Program-made: the position numbers and the translations under genes
Source: Octopus sinensis
Taxonomy: Eukaryota
DNA: 64,000 bases
Direction of reading: 5' to 3'
Assembly (NCBI RefSeq): GCF_006345805.1
Contig: NC_043014.1
Span: forward strand, 50,964,001 to 51,028,000
Shown: positions 53,351 through 64,000 of the stretch, in pieces
Layout: each line of letters begins with the position of its first letter
How positions within the stretch are numbered: position 1 is the stretch's first letter
The notes under the pieces: model-generated
Database searches by the model: none
What the model saw: the letters and a program-made list of their open reading frames with translations, nothing else
Told to the model about the DNA's origin: nothing

Positions 53351-54271
53351 GCATTTACTTGACGCTGAATTCCACATTGGCTTATGTCCTCTGATTGGAA
53401 AGAATTGAAACAGCCTGTCTGGAAGACGTGACATTCATTACTCGATACAGTTTCACGACTCTTTACTCCATTACTCCAATGACAAGAAAGCAAAATGCAT
53501 GCATCTACCATAATTGCTCGTGTTTCAGTCGTATTCTCAATTAATGCTACCATGTTGTTTTTCAAATCTTCATTTTAACTTTGCAACTTTCTTAAGATAC
53601 ACATCACATTTTCTATTAAAATTAAGTATGAACTACTGCGGATTATACACGAGAAATTAGTTGACGTACAAGCTCGAGAAGTACAAGATACTTCGCTAAT
53701 TTAGACCCGTTTCACTACATTTTGAAACCAACCGTGACCTTAATAACTCCTGTGTTCGATAATCTTTTCAGCAATATAAGTATCAGTTATCTTATGCTGA
53801 GTTATTTCTCTTCCTCTTCAATATATCGCTTCTAATACGCGAAAAATCGAATCAATATTTCTGTAGATTTTGTGGTTTACGCCTTAGCGCCCAAATTAAG
53901 CTCACGGCAATTCGGCATTCTTTTTCTGTAAGCTATTCCACTCGCACCAGAAAATTTCATTTGGACATGTCTCTGGATTGGAAAATTTACAGCGTGTAAT
54001 TCGCTATTTACGGTTAAATCGGAGCCAATACAAGAATGTAAACTATGTTTACCATGGATTTATACAGCCAAAAGGATCCCCACCCCACAAAAAAACCCCC
54101 CGAAAACATAATAATAAATAATAATAATAGATAAATAAACGAATAAAGTAAGAAACCGAGGCAATAACGAGATTTCCGACTTTGGATGAAGCAATTCCAT
54201 AGCAATTAAGTGAGAGTTTACCTTTGGGAAACGCGTGGAATAAACAACTTCCAATTTTATCTCTATATTTA

Positions 54272-54307
<36 letters not shown>

Positions 54308-55239
54308 AGAGCGGGTGCGTGAACATTTTTATCTGTAAGCATATATGCATGTATATCTATATGCACGTATATATATATTTCTTATATCCATAAATATACA
54401 TTACACACACATATACATACGTACGTACAAACATACTTACACGCGCACAAACACCCACACAAACATATATATATATACACGCACATACATTATTCATATA
54501 TTCCTATATGCATTTGTACGCGTGTAGGCATGTATGTATTAATATATTTACACACACACACACACACACACTCATGGAGAGGGAAACGAAGACAGAAATG
54601 AAACTAAGTGTGAATGGACGTAACATGTACACATGTTATTTCCCTTTGCCGGGTATCTTTAAAAAGTCTTGGGATTATATCTTTGGTCTCAGTAGTTTTA
54701 AGTTACTTTCTATTAACTGCAAAAAAAAAAACGATGAATAAATGTGTTCACTGATGTTCTTGTTCTTCTTGTTGATCTCACTCTTTGCTCTAATTTCTGC
54801 TCTAACCAAATAATCTAGAATGCTTTTGGACGACCACATTTTCAGTATGTCTTCTGACAAAACTGGATATATTGTTCTTCTTCAACTGTTCCAGCTTCCC
54901 CATTCATCTCGTAGAATCTGCTGGTGACTCAAATGAAAACAAGTAGGTTAGACTTACTTAAAGTATGTCAGCCATACCATATTGCTTTGGCGTGAATCCC
55001 AATTCTGTCTGTGTTCCATATGCTTCTTTTCTACATTGTTAAAGCGAGAGACTAAGCTTTTTATGATGTTGCAACTTCGATTTGAGAATTGAATGTATCT
55101 ACAGGTTTAGAGAAGATTTCCTATGAAGTGTCAATGACTTGCTGTGAAATTTGCATTTTTGATAATAATTTTCGGCACCTGAATATTCCGTACATATGGT
55201 CTGAATTCGTATTGAATAACTTCTCTTCGTTCTTTATTT

Positions 55240-55453
55240 TTCCCTTGCTACAGTTGTTGGACTAAGGCCAAGTTGGTGCAGCACCTTCGAGGGTTGGAAA
55301 AATTGACTCCAATATATATTCTTATTCTATCGGTCACCCATGCTGAAGAGCTAACCTTTCGGGAGGAAAACAAATTTATACCTGCTGCCAAAGTTTTGAG
55401 TGGGGCGGACAAACACAATAAAATATAAACACACGCACACATGTATATATATG

Positions 55454-55458
<5 letters not shown>
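55240..55458 (-). repeat. Old SINE-A-like 3' half, copy 2
   Basis: ttcccttgctacagtt...ggactaaggccaagttggtgcagcacc shared with 53063-53280. Confidence 0.85.
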
Positions 55459-55523
<65 letters not shown>

Positions 55524-57137
55524 TATATATGTGTTATGTAGATATGTGTGCATATGTATGTGGGTGGTGTATATATATATGTGTGTGTGTGTATGTATTT
55601 GTCCACTCTCTTCAAGGTTGTTGTCGTTGAACCTTGCAACAGACACGTGACTCGTTTAAGGGCAATATTGGGATCGCAGTCACTTATCCGTCATAAAAAC
55701 ACAATAGCTGGTCTTGTGGATCCTAGGGATGAAGAAGAAAATAGGAATTCCAGGACGGTTATAAGGAGTGAACAGCCACGATGTGATTTCAAATAAGGAC
55801 CATGCTCAATAGATTTATTTTCTTCAGTGCCATACATTTTAGAAAATCAATATCGTATCTGAAGTAAGACCTAGCAATTTTCCTTCTGGTTGCTCGTCGA
55901 TTATGGAGACTGCGAACGTGAAATGCTGCTTTGTTTCATCAAACAAGGAAAGACGAAATGTAAGGCTGACATTGGCAGGGTAGGAATTCAGAATAGAAAA
56001 AAGCAGGGAGATACCGCAAAGCCTCTTCGACGCTCGAAATTCTCTCAGTGGAAAACATTAATATTAAATGCGATTTATGCCGTTCTGAGAAGTGTATTAT
56101 TATGATAAAGTGGTGTATTCCATACAAACTGTCGTCTTTCTAACGTTAATCTCTTTGATCTCATCTATTGCTCAAGGGAACACTTGTCAGCATCTTATTA
56201 TAAGTTTGTTGGACTGGGTCCATAGCCTTAATACTATCAACAGGTAATCTCTACGAAACATTGACTCGGTGGGAACGCCGAATACATAACGAAAGCCATC
56301 AGCAATAATCATGTTTTCAGCATTCTTCAGCTCCTTCACCCTTTCTCTCTCTCTTTCTCTCTCTCTCTGTCTCTCTCTCTTACACACCACACACACACAC
56401 ACACACATACACAAATACACTCATTCTCTCTCTCTCTCTTTCTGCTCATGAATTAATTCATTTGACGAATTTGGTAAATCTGCATAAAACACAGTTGCTG
56501 AGTAGATATCGTTGACCTTACATATCCCGTTGCAATACACGATCTATTAATACAATGGAAAGTTCCTACCAATATTTTGCGTTACGCCAAGGAAATTAAC
56601 TTAAACAGCGAAACCATTTAAGAGTTACGGTGGTGGTGGTGATGGTGGGTTATGGTGAAAGGAGCGGCGGTGACGGCAATGATGAAAGTAAATAAAACAG
56701 AATAAAAGCACAATCAGAGAGAGAGAGGGGGGGAGAGGGGGAGGGAGAGAGACAGAGACAGGGACAGAGTGAGGGAGAGTGAGAAACAGAGCTAAAAATA
56801 AGATGTGGTAAAAGATGATGAGTGTAGGAATGAAAAGCGCGCGAAAGGAAGAGCGGGGAATTAAAGCGTTTCCCAAGTTGGAATGGGTGAGGAGCGTGAG
56901 ACAGCAAGAGAGAGAGTGATTAAGTGAGAGAAAGACATATAGGGAGTGTGAGATGGAGGGCGAGTAAGAGGAATGATAGTGAGAAGTGAAAGGCTAAGTA
57001 AGATATTAGCAGCATAAGTAAATATGCAAGAAAAAGATCAGGAAAATTCAAATTGTGAAACTTGTGAAAATCAAACAGAACCGGAAGGGACTGCCAAATC
57101 TGTCATATTTTCTGACGTCACTTCGTCAAAAACAAAA

Positions 57138-57204
<67 letters not shown>

Positions 57205-57214
57205 ATATATATAT

Positions 57215-57427
57215 AAAGATAATCCAAACAAGAAAGCAGAAAAAAACACAACAACACGAGGACGTGGAACAAATATAGTATTATTGGACGCTCAGGAAGG
57301 AAGGGAAGAAGGAGGGTTTAACGTTTCGGGCGGAGCTCTTCGTCGGAAATATAGGAGAAGGAAAGATCCAGAGAAGGGAAGACAGAGGAAAAAAAATCGC
57401 CAACGGTACACACACGGTCACATTTTG
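57215..57427 (-). mobile_element. Second full copy of the 214-bp hammerhead-bearing element, within (TA)n
   Basis: aaagataatccaaac ... ggtcacattttg; motif at 57317-57349 with one stem II mismatch. Confidence 0.8.
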
Positions 57428-57444
57428 AATATATATATATATAT

Positions 57445-58148
57445 GTACAATTATATGACCAATTATATGAAGTGCAGAATACGCAGCACTACTGATAGCG
57501 ACAAATGCAGAATGTGTGGTGAGAGGGGTGAAACGGTATGGTACATCTTTAGCAAATGCCCGAAACTGGGCAACTCAAATACAGCAGATTCCATGACAAT
57601 GTGGCAAGAATGATCGATCGGGGGCTCTGTGGAAACTACGGCCTATGAAGAACAAAAGCGTGGTACGGGCAACCCCCCAGAGGGTTTCACTGAAAATTAG
57701 AATTGCAAAATCTTGTGGGATGCAATGATACAGTGTGATCACCCGACCAGAGATCGGAAACCGGACATTGTTGTGGTGAATAAAAAAGAAAGAGCATGTA
57801 TGGTGACAACATGATCTATGTGAATGGAGAAAACTAAACAACTATGACGATTTGAAGTAGGAAATACGAAGTTTATGGTCAATGATGAGAATAGACGTGA
57901 TACCATTAGCAATTGCTGCACTTGAAAGTATCAGCACTCAACTACCAACATGGCTGAGAAAGGTTGGTGCCAGTATAAAGGTAGAACACCTACAAAAACC
58001 AGCATTGCTTGGAAATGCAAGAATTCTTCGCAGAGTTTTTGAAGCATAACCAGAAAAACAAATGTCACCTTAGTCTGCTGGGTGTGGACAGCTGGCACTT
58101 TCCGTCATACCCAGAAAAATAATCTGTGAGTTTTAATAGATTAATAAT
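57445..58148 (+). mobile_element. R4/Dong-like RLE LINE 3' part (CCHC knuckle, PD-(D/E)xK nuclease, 3' UTR)
   Basis: KCRMCGERGETVWYIFSKCPKL; FHDNVARMI; KILWDAMIQCDHPTRDRKPDIVVVNKK; HLQKPALLGNARILRRVFEA* (TAA at 58047-58049). Confidence 0.9.
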
Positions 58149-58625
58149 CAGAAGGGTACTGATGGGAACCAAATAATTTTCGAATATCGATTATGCTGGT
58201 TCAACATCTGTTCAGTCTATGGACCAATAGTTAAAATTGCCCTGTTTATATGTCTACAGAATAAGTTACACATATTATGTCATACATTGATACTGCGTGG
58301 ACTGAGGTCTCCGTTGACTGAGGTCCCCGTTGACTGAGGTCCGATGATATTACATAAACTATTAAATACTTTCAGTATGCAAATTAATAGGACTCGCATT
58401 TTGAAGCGAATGTATTTGCTGAACATAAAGTCGGATTGGGTTCTTGTTGCTCTGGAATTGGTCGAGTGGTCTAGACACCTCTGATGCGAACTCAAAGTGC
58501 TTGGAAAATCGATTAAAGTCTGTTCATTAGTTTTTCATTCTGTAAAGAAATAGTTACATTCTAATAGTTAAATACTCCCTGTTTGTACGTCTGCTGCTTG
58601 ACATGCATACACACTCACACATATA

Positions 58626-58649
58626 AATATATAGGGATATATATATATA

Positions 58650-58747
<98 letters not shown>

Positions 58748-58754
58748 ATAGATT

Positions 58755-58801
<47 letters not shown>

Positions 58802-58908
58802 TGATAGATAAGTTTCTTTATTGGCCACACAGGGCTGCACACAGATGGGACAAGTTACAAGGTAGAGCTTTTGTTTTGGGGGATGGAAAAATAGATAGAT
58901 AGATAGAT

Positions 58909-58966
<58 letters not shown>

Positions 58967-58967
58967 G

Positions 58968-59035
<68 letters not shown>

Positions 59036-59097
59036 CATAAATAAATAGATAGATAGATAGATTGATAGATAGATAGATTGATAGATAGATAGATACA
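58626..59097. repeat. (TA)/(GA)/(GATA)n array with an 81-bp insert at 58811-58891
   Basis: Direct inspection. Confidence 0.95.
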
Positions 59098-59682
59098 TGC
59101 ATACATAATGTTCTGTGTGTATATGAGAGATGTTTAGACAGGTATTGCCACACTGACCTCGAATTTATTGACACCTTTACTTTGTCCGCCAGTAAAGTAG
59201 AAAATAATTAGGTAACTATTGATTTTTCAGTGGAATTAATAGTTGGTTATCACATGCCATGCATCTGGAGGCAAATCTTTATTTGAAGTTCTCACGGAAG
59301 ATTTTGTGCATTTATCGAGAAGGTGAAATTCTCAATTATTATTTTTCTTTTTTCGTTCAATTTCGACGAACGATGAAACGTTTTTATTTCGGCTAAGCAA
59401 ATGAAACCACATTCAGAGTACATCTGTTAAACGTTGTTCATTAAACATATATTCCTATGCGCTAATTCCTCTAAATATCGTGTCTCGTTTGCTCTGGTTT
59501 CAACATAATTGAATAAAAGGACACGAGTTGCGATGCAATTCAATAATAGAATTGAATAATAAAGTCAGAGACTTTATAGAATACTTATAAAGTAATAAGG
59601 AATACTCAGGCAAAAGAAAGTAAACAAATTTGCAGATAATAGTTTCGAATGGCTGTGTGTATGGTCATATATATATATATAC

Positions 59683-59729
<47 letters not shown>

Positions 59730-59934
59730 TATATATACACACATATAATATATATTGACTGCCACCATGCTAGAGCGACACCTTATGTATGTATATATAT
59801 ATATATATATATATATCTGTGTGTGTGTGTGTCATTGTTCTGTTTCATTTCAAGATTTCTTGCCAGTAGAGAAAGAGCCGGTTCCTAACCTAAGATCCAA
59901 GGTTCCTTCATTGGAATTTCGACATCAAAAACAG

Positions 59935-60185
59935 GGTAATGTTTGTATGTATGTATGTATTCTCATGGATGCTCATATATATTTAAATGATAAGCTTCTG
60001 GAAAGTTTTACAGATTTTTAAAGTTCCAGTGATGGATCGGCTCTGTAGTCTTCGAATTAGCTTTCTCCTTTCTGGATTTGAGACGCCTAATTTCTTAAGA
60101 TTGGCATTTAGGCAGTGCGTTACATATTCCGGGGCCCCAGTAATTACATGTATGAATCTGAACTTGTAATCTTTGACTTGTAAAG
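59935..60185 (-). mobile_element. RLE-type LINE C-terminal fragment
   Basis: YKFRFIHVITGAPEYVTHCLNANLKKLG...LQSRSITGTLKICKTFQKLII* (ORF 59983-60189). Confidence 0.65.
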
Positions 60186-60439
60186 TCAAAGTAATTTAAC
60201 GAAAATTAATTTGAAAATACATCATTTAAAACGAAAATTTAAAATTCCGCAAGAGCTTTCTTGACAACCTAATATATTATCTTCTGATGGTTATGTTATC
60301 TTATTTCTCGCTTTTCGTGAAACAAACGGAGAACTTCAGTATTTAATCCTTAACCAGCTAAAAGCTTTATCCTTCTGCCAAATATTTTGATATATAACAA
60401 GTATAACAATTTCATTTCCTGATAATACAAACATATTGA

Positions 60440-60625
60440 TTTCTAATTTTGGCACAGGGCCAGCAATTTCGTGGAAGGGGATAAGTCGCTTACCTGGACC
60501 TCAGTATCTAACTGGTACTTATTTCCCGATCGCGAATGGATGAATGTCAAGTCGACCTCGGCCGAATTTGAACTCAGAAAGTAAAGACGGACGAAATGCC
60601 GCTAAGCCTTTTTGTCCGACGTACT
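60440..60625 (-). mobile_element. SINE family C, alternative tail, 5'-truncated
   Basis: ttttggcacagggccagcaatttc...gtcgacctcggccgaatttgaactcagaa. Confidence 0.75.
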
Positions 60626-61890
60626 AAAATATTGATGCTTAAGTTTACGTATTTACACGCTTACCTTTTTTGGTCTGTCTCTCTACGATCTAAATTCAAA
60701 TCCCACCATGGTCAAACCTTATTCCCCCCCCCCCGCTTCTGGGTCTATACGTCGGGTAGCAATTCGATCAAGCCAGTGTGTCTGTGTTGATAAAAAAATC
60801 CTTTTACTTGGACTGCAGCTACACAGAATAACATCCATAAATTGTTTTTGATTTATCATATTGAACCGAATACTGTTAACATTGAAATATATCAGATAAC
60901 AGAATTATAAGGACAGTTATTATTAGGAATTAGAAATATTAAAATGAAAACAAAACTGAGAGATTAGTGTAACGTTTAAAATTTCAGATTGCATGATAGA
61001 AAAATTGGATAATATTCTGAACATGATAAATATACAACGAATTGAGAAGAATGCGTAGAGACGCTAATATATTATATATTCATACAATCTATCTATAATA
61101 TTTCTGTAATTTATCAATATATCATTTATATAATGTATCTGTATAACAGTCATGTTATTTATATGTATAACATTCACAAAAGTGAAAACTATTAAATGAT
61201 TGTTCCAAGAACTTGTCAAGGAAAGCGGAGCGTTTATATCTCAAAGATTTATTATAAAATTCATCTTCATACTTTTATTTTTTATTGTTTAAAATTTCTT
61301 CATGAAGAATAGCATTTTATTTTCAGTCACTTCAACTTTTGTTTGTTTTTAACCAGTTATTCTTTAGTAGTTATAATTTTACATTCATGTCTCAATCGGA
61401 AAAAAATGATATAATATATAGGCAGTTATAAATTTCCATTACTGCTGTCACAAAGCGTGAAATTAAATGATCTCAATTGCTATGAATATATTTGTAAGTT
61501 TGATAAAGGCATGCATTATACTCGTAATATTCCGAAATAAAATGACACACACATATATCGATACTCATTCATAAACATGTGTACATACACGTGAATTCTT
61601 ATTAATTAAAACCATTTCCAATTCGACTGCTTTTAGATAGGTTATGACGCTTAACTATAATATTGACAATGGCTTTAAAAGTAACTTTTTCATTTCCATA
61701 TTCTACTTAAAGCAAAGCAAAGCAATTCCTACAGTTACGTCTTACATATTAGATAATAAGGTTCAAATGTCGTTTGATACTTTCATGAAATACTTGGTCA
61801 AGCGATGAAACCCCTAGAAACTTTCAATGTGATACATACTATATATTTGAACATACAGCTGTCTGCACGTCCATTATCGTTGATTGAGAC

Positions 61891-62116
61891 ACTCTTTTAC
61901 TCTTTTACTTGTTTCAGTCATTTGACTGCGGCCATGCTGGAGCACCGCCTTTAGTCGAGCAAATCGACCCCAGGACTTATTCTTTTTAAGTCTAGTACTT
62001 ATTCTGTCGGTCTCTTTTGCCGAACCGCTAAGTTACGAGGACGTAAACACACCAGCATTGGTTGTCAAGCGATGTTGGTGGGACAAACACAGACACACAA
62101 ACATATACATACACAT

Positions 62117-62165
<49 letters not shown>

Positions 62166-62323
62166 TACGACGGGCTTGTTTCAGTTTCCGCCTGCCAAAT
62201 CCACTCACAAGGCTTTGGTCGGTCCGAGGCTATAGTAGAAGACACTTGCCCAAGGTTCCACGCTGTGGGACTGAACCCGGAACCCTGTGGTTTGTAAGCA
62301 AGCTACTTACCACACAGTCACTC
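61891..62323 (-). mobile_element. SINE family A, near full length
   Basis: actcttttactcttttacttgtttcagtcatttgactgcgg ... agctacttaccacacagtcactc. Confidence 0.92.
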
Positions 62324-63003
62324 TAAAATTCATCAACTTTTGTGACTGTATTGACATAGTATGAGACTCGAAATTATTCCTATAACGTCCCCAATCACCG
62401 TTCAGACTTCTGTCACCCTATTTCCCTCCCAACCCATTTCCTGACGTCGCTCAATCACTCTACTCATTCCATATTTTAACGGAGTTTATTTTCTAATATA
62501 TTCTCTGATAGAAGGACATCATCGTTTCGATTGTATGAATAAATCATTCTCTTGTTTGACAATCAAAATTTAAATGTGATTTATAGTAAAGTGCAATGGA
62601 TAAATGTGTTTTCAGAGGTCGCAGTCGACTACGCATCTTTTGCGCCACCGGGAGAAGTACACAAGCCAACAAGAATTATTCAATGTTCGTTGTCATAAGA
62701 GAGCGAAAATCACCGGTTATCTTGTACATACAAATGTATCTTTACTTTCTAAATATAAATGTGATTTATTACTATTGGACGTCAGTGTTGGGGGGGGGGG
62801 TTAGAGGCGGGAAACATTGTCAATGAGTCATATTACATTCTTTTCAAAAATTAAATTTCTCTGAATAGAACAGGAGGAACTGATGTAATTAGAAACATAT
62901 TTATAGATGGATTTCCTAGTCTCATCCACTCGGTTTTGGCAGTTCGCTTTTTTCTTTTTCATTTGATAAACAAATAAAATCAATGAAATGGTAGAAACGT
63001 TGG

Positions 63004-63375
63004 GGCGGCGAGCTGGCAGAAACGTTAGCACGCCGGGCGAAATGATTTGCAGTATTTCTTCTGCTGTTACGTTCTGAGTTCAAATTCCGCCGAGGTCGAC
63101 TTTGCCTTTCATCCTTTCGGCGTCGATTCAATAAGCACCAGTTATGTACTGGGGTCGATGTAATCGACTTAATCCCTTTGGATGCCATTGTTTAGCCCCT
63201 TGTGGGCAGTAAAGAAATAAGAAACGTTAGCGCGCCGGGCAAAATACTTAGCGAAATTTTGTTTTAACGTGCTGTGTTCAAATGCCGGCAAAATCGATTT
63301 TTATGGGTACTGAGTGTCGATGTTGCCGACTTCCCCTTTCCTCGAAGTTGCTGGCCTTATGCACAAAATTTGAAA
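63004..63375 (+). mobile_element. SINE family C monomer plus a degraded second unit
   Basis: Full head at 63004; junction aaagaaataa|gaaacgttagc at 63220|63221. Confidence 0.85.
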
Positions 63376-63519
63376 TAAATTATTAGGATAATACAAACAC
63401 CAACATCTTAAATGTATTTCATCATATAATTTGTTACTTCAAACGATCGTACACAAATGAAGCTTTATATTATAGAGTCGATTAAAATATATTCAATGCG
63501 TTGGTTTTTGAACCTGTGG

Positions 63520-63581
63520 TATTGAACCTGGAATCATGTGGTTGGTAAGCAAGCTATCTACCACTCAGCCAGTCCTGCGCC
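63520..63581 (-). mobile_element. SINE family A head only
   Basis: gaacctggaatcatgtggttggtaagcaagctatctaccactcagccagtcctgcgcc. Confidence 0.75.
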
Positions 63582-64000
63582 TAAGTGAGTTGTTAAAGTT
63601 ATGAGCAATAAATTGGTCATACTCCTACAATTCACAAACTATTTTAACATTTTATGCAATTCTTCAGAATGTTTGATAATAAAGAAATAATTGGATTTTT
63701 CGTAACATGAACGATGTCAGCAGAATAAAATAGGAGTGAAAAGGGGCCATAGGCAAAGAAAAAAAAAACAAAAGAAAGAAACCAGAGCTTTAAACGATTA
63801 AGTGCAATACCTATGTTTCTAATAAAAATGATAATACTTAAGGCATCGTAACAGTTACTGCAGAGTAACCACATGTGAGACGAAAGCAGACAAGCAACTT
63901 CAAATTGAATCTTAACAAATTGTTTGGCATCCTTTCTGTCTCGGGAGCCAATGGAGTTGCGCATTTTTTTTTTTTTTCTAGGTCTAGTCCGGCTGTTATA

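Noticed and set aside
59880-59935. Minus-strand CCAAUGAAGG-AACCU..AGGUU-AGGAACCGGCU next to the RLE fragment
   Set aside because: Several core mismatches; cannot be distinguished from chance.

Overview
AT-rich, repeat-saturated eukaryotic DNA, most likely intergenic or deep-intronic sequence from an octopus. The organism is inferred from the tRNA-headed SINE families and the extreme (TA)n/(CA)n/(GATA)n load, and was not database-verified. No host protein-coding gene can be supported: the ORF track consists of microsatellite, SINE and decayed-transposon frames. The window holds three multi-copy SINE families (my labels A, B, C), several mariner/Tc1 remnants, a non-autonomous Helitron, an RTE 3' end with a 10-bp TSD, and at least eight fragments of restriction-endonuclease-type (R4/Dong-like) LINEs, four of them stacked around a (TAA)n array. 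The main unexplained signal is a set of six hammerhead-ribozyme-like loci or families in short elements, several of them embedded in TA microsatellites (Penelope-type context): one canonical type I motif (26986-27069), two unrelated families sharing a non-canonical CCGANGA-A core, a type III-like foldback, and two weaker motifs. One truncated element copy ends about 2 nt from the predicted self-cleavage site. Also notable are a duplication/inverted-insertion/duplication rearrangement with a readable history (10304-13117), a nested palindrome (24985-25639) and a recurrent fixed-junction SINE dimer. All alignments and folds were done by eye; boundaries of decayed elements are approximate.
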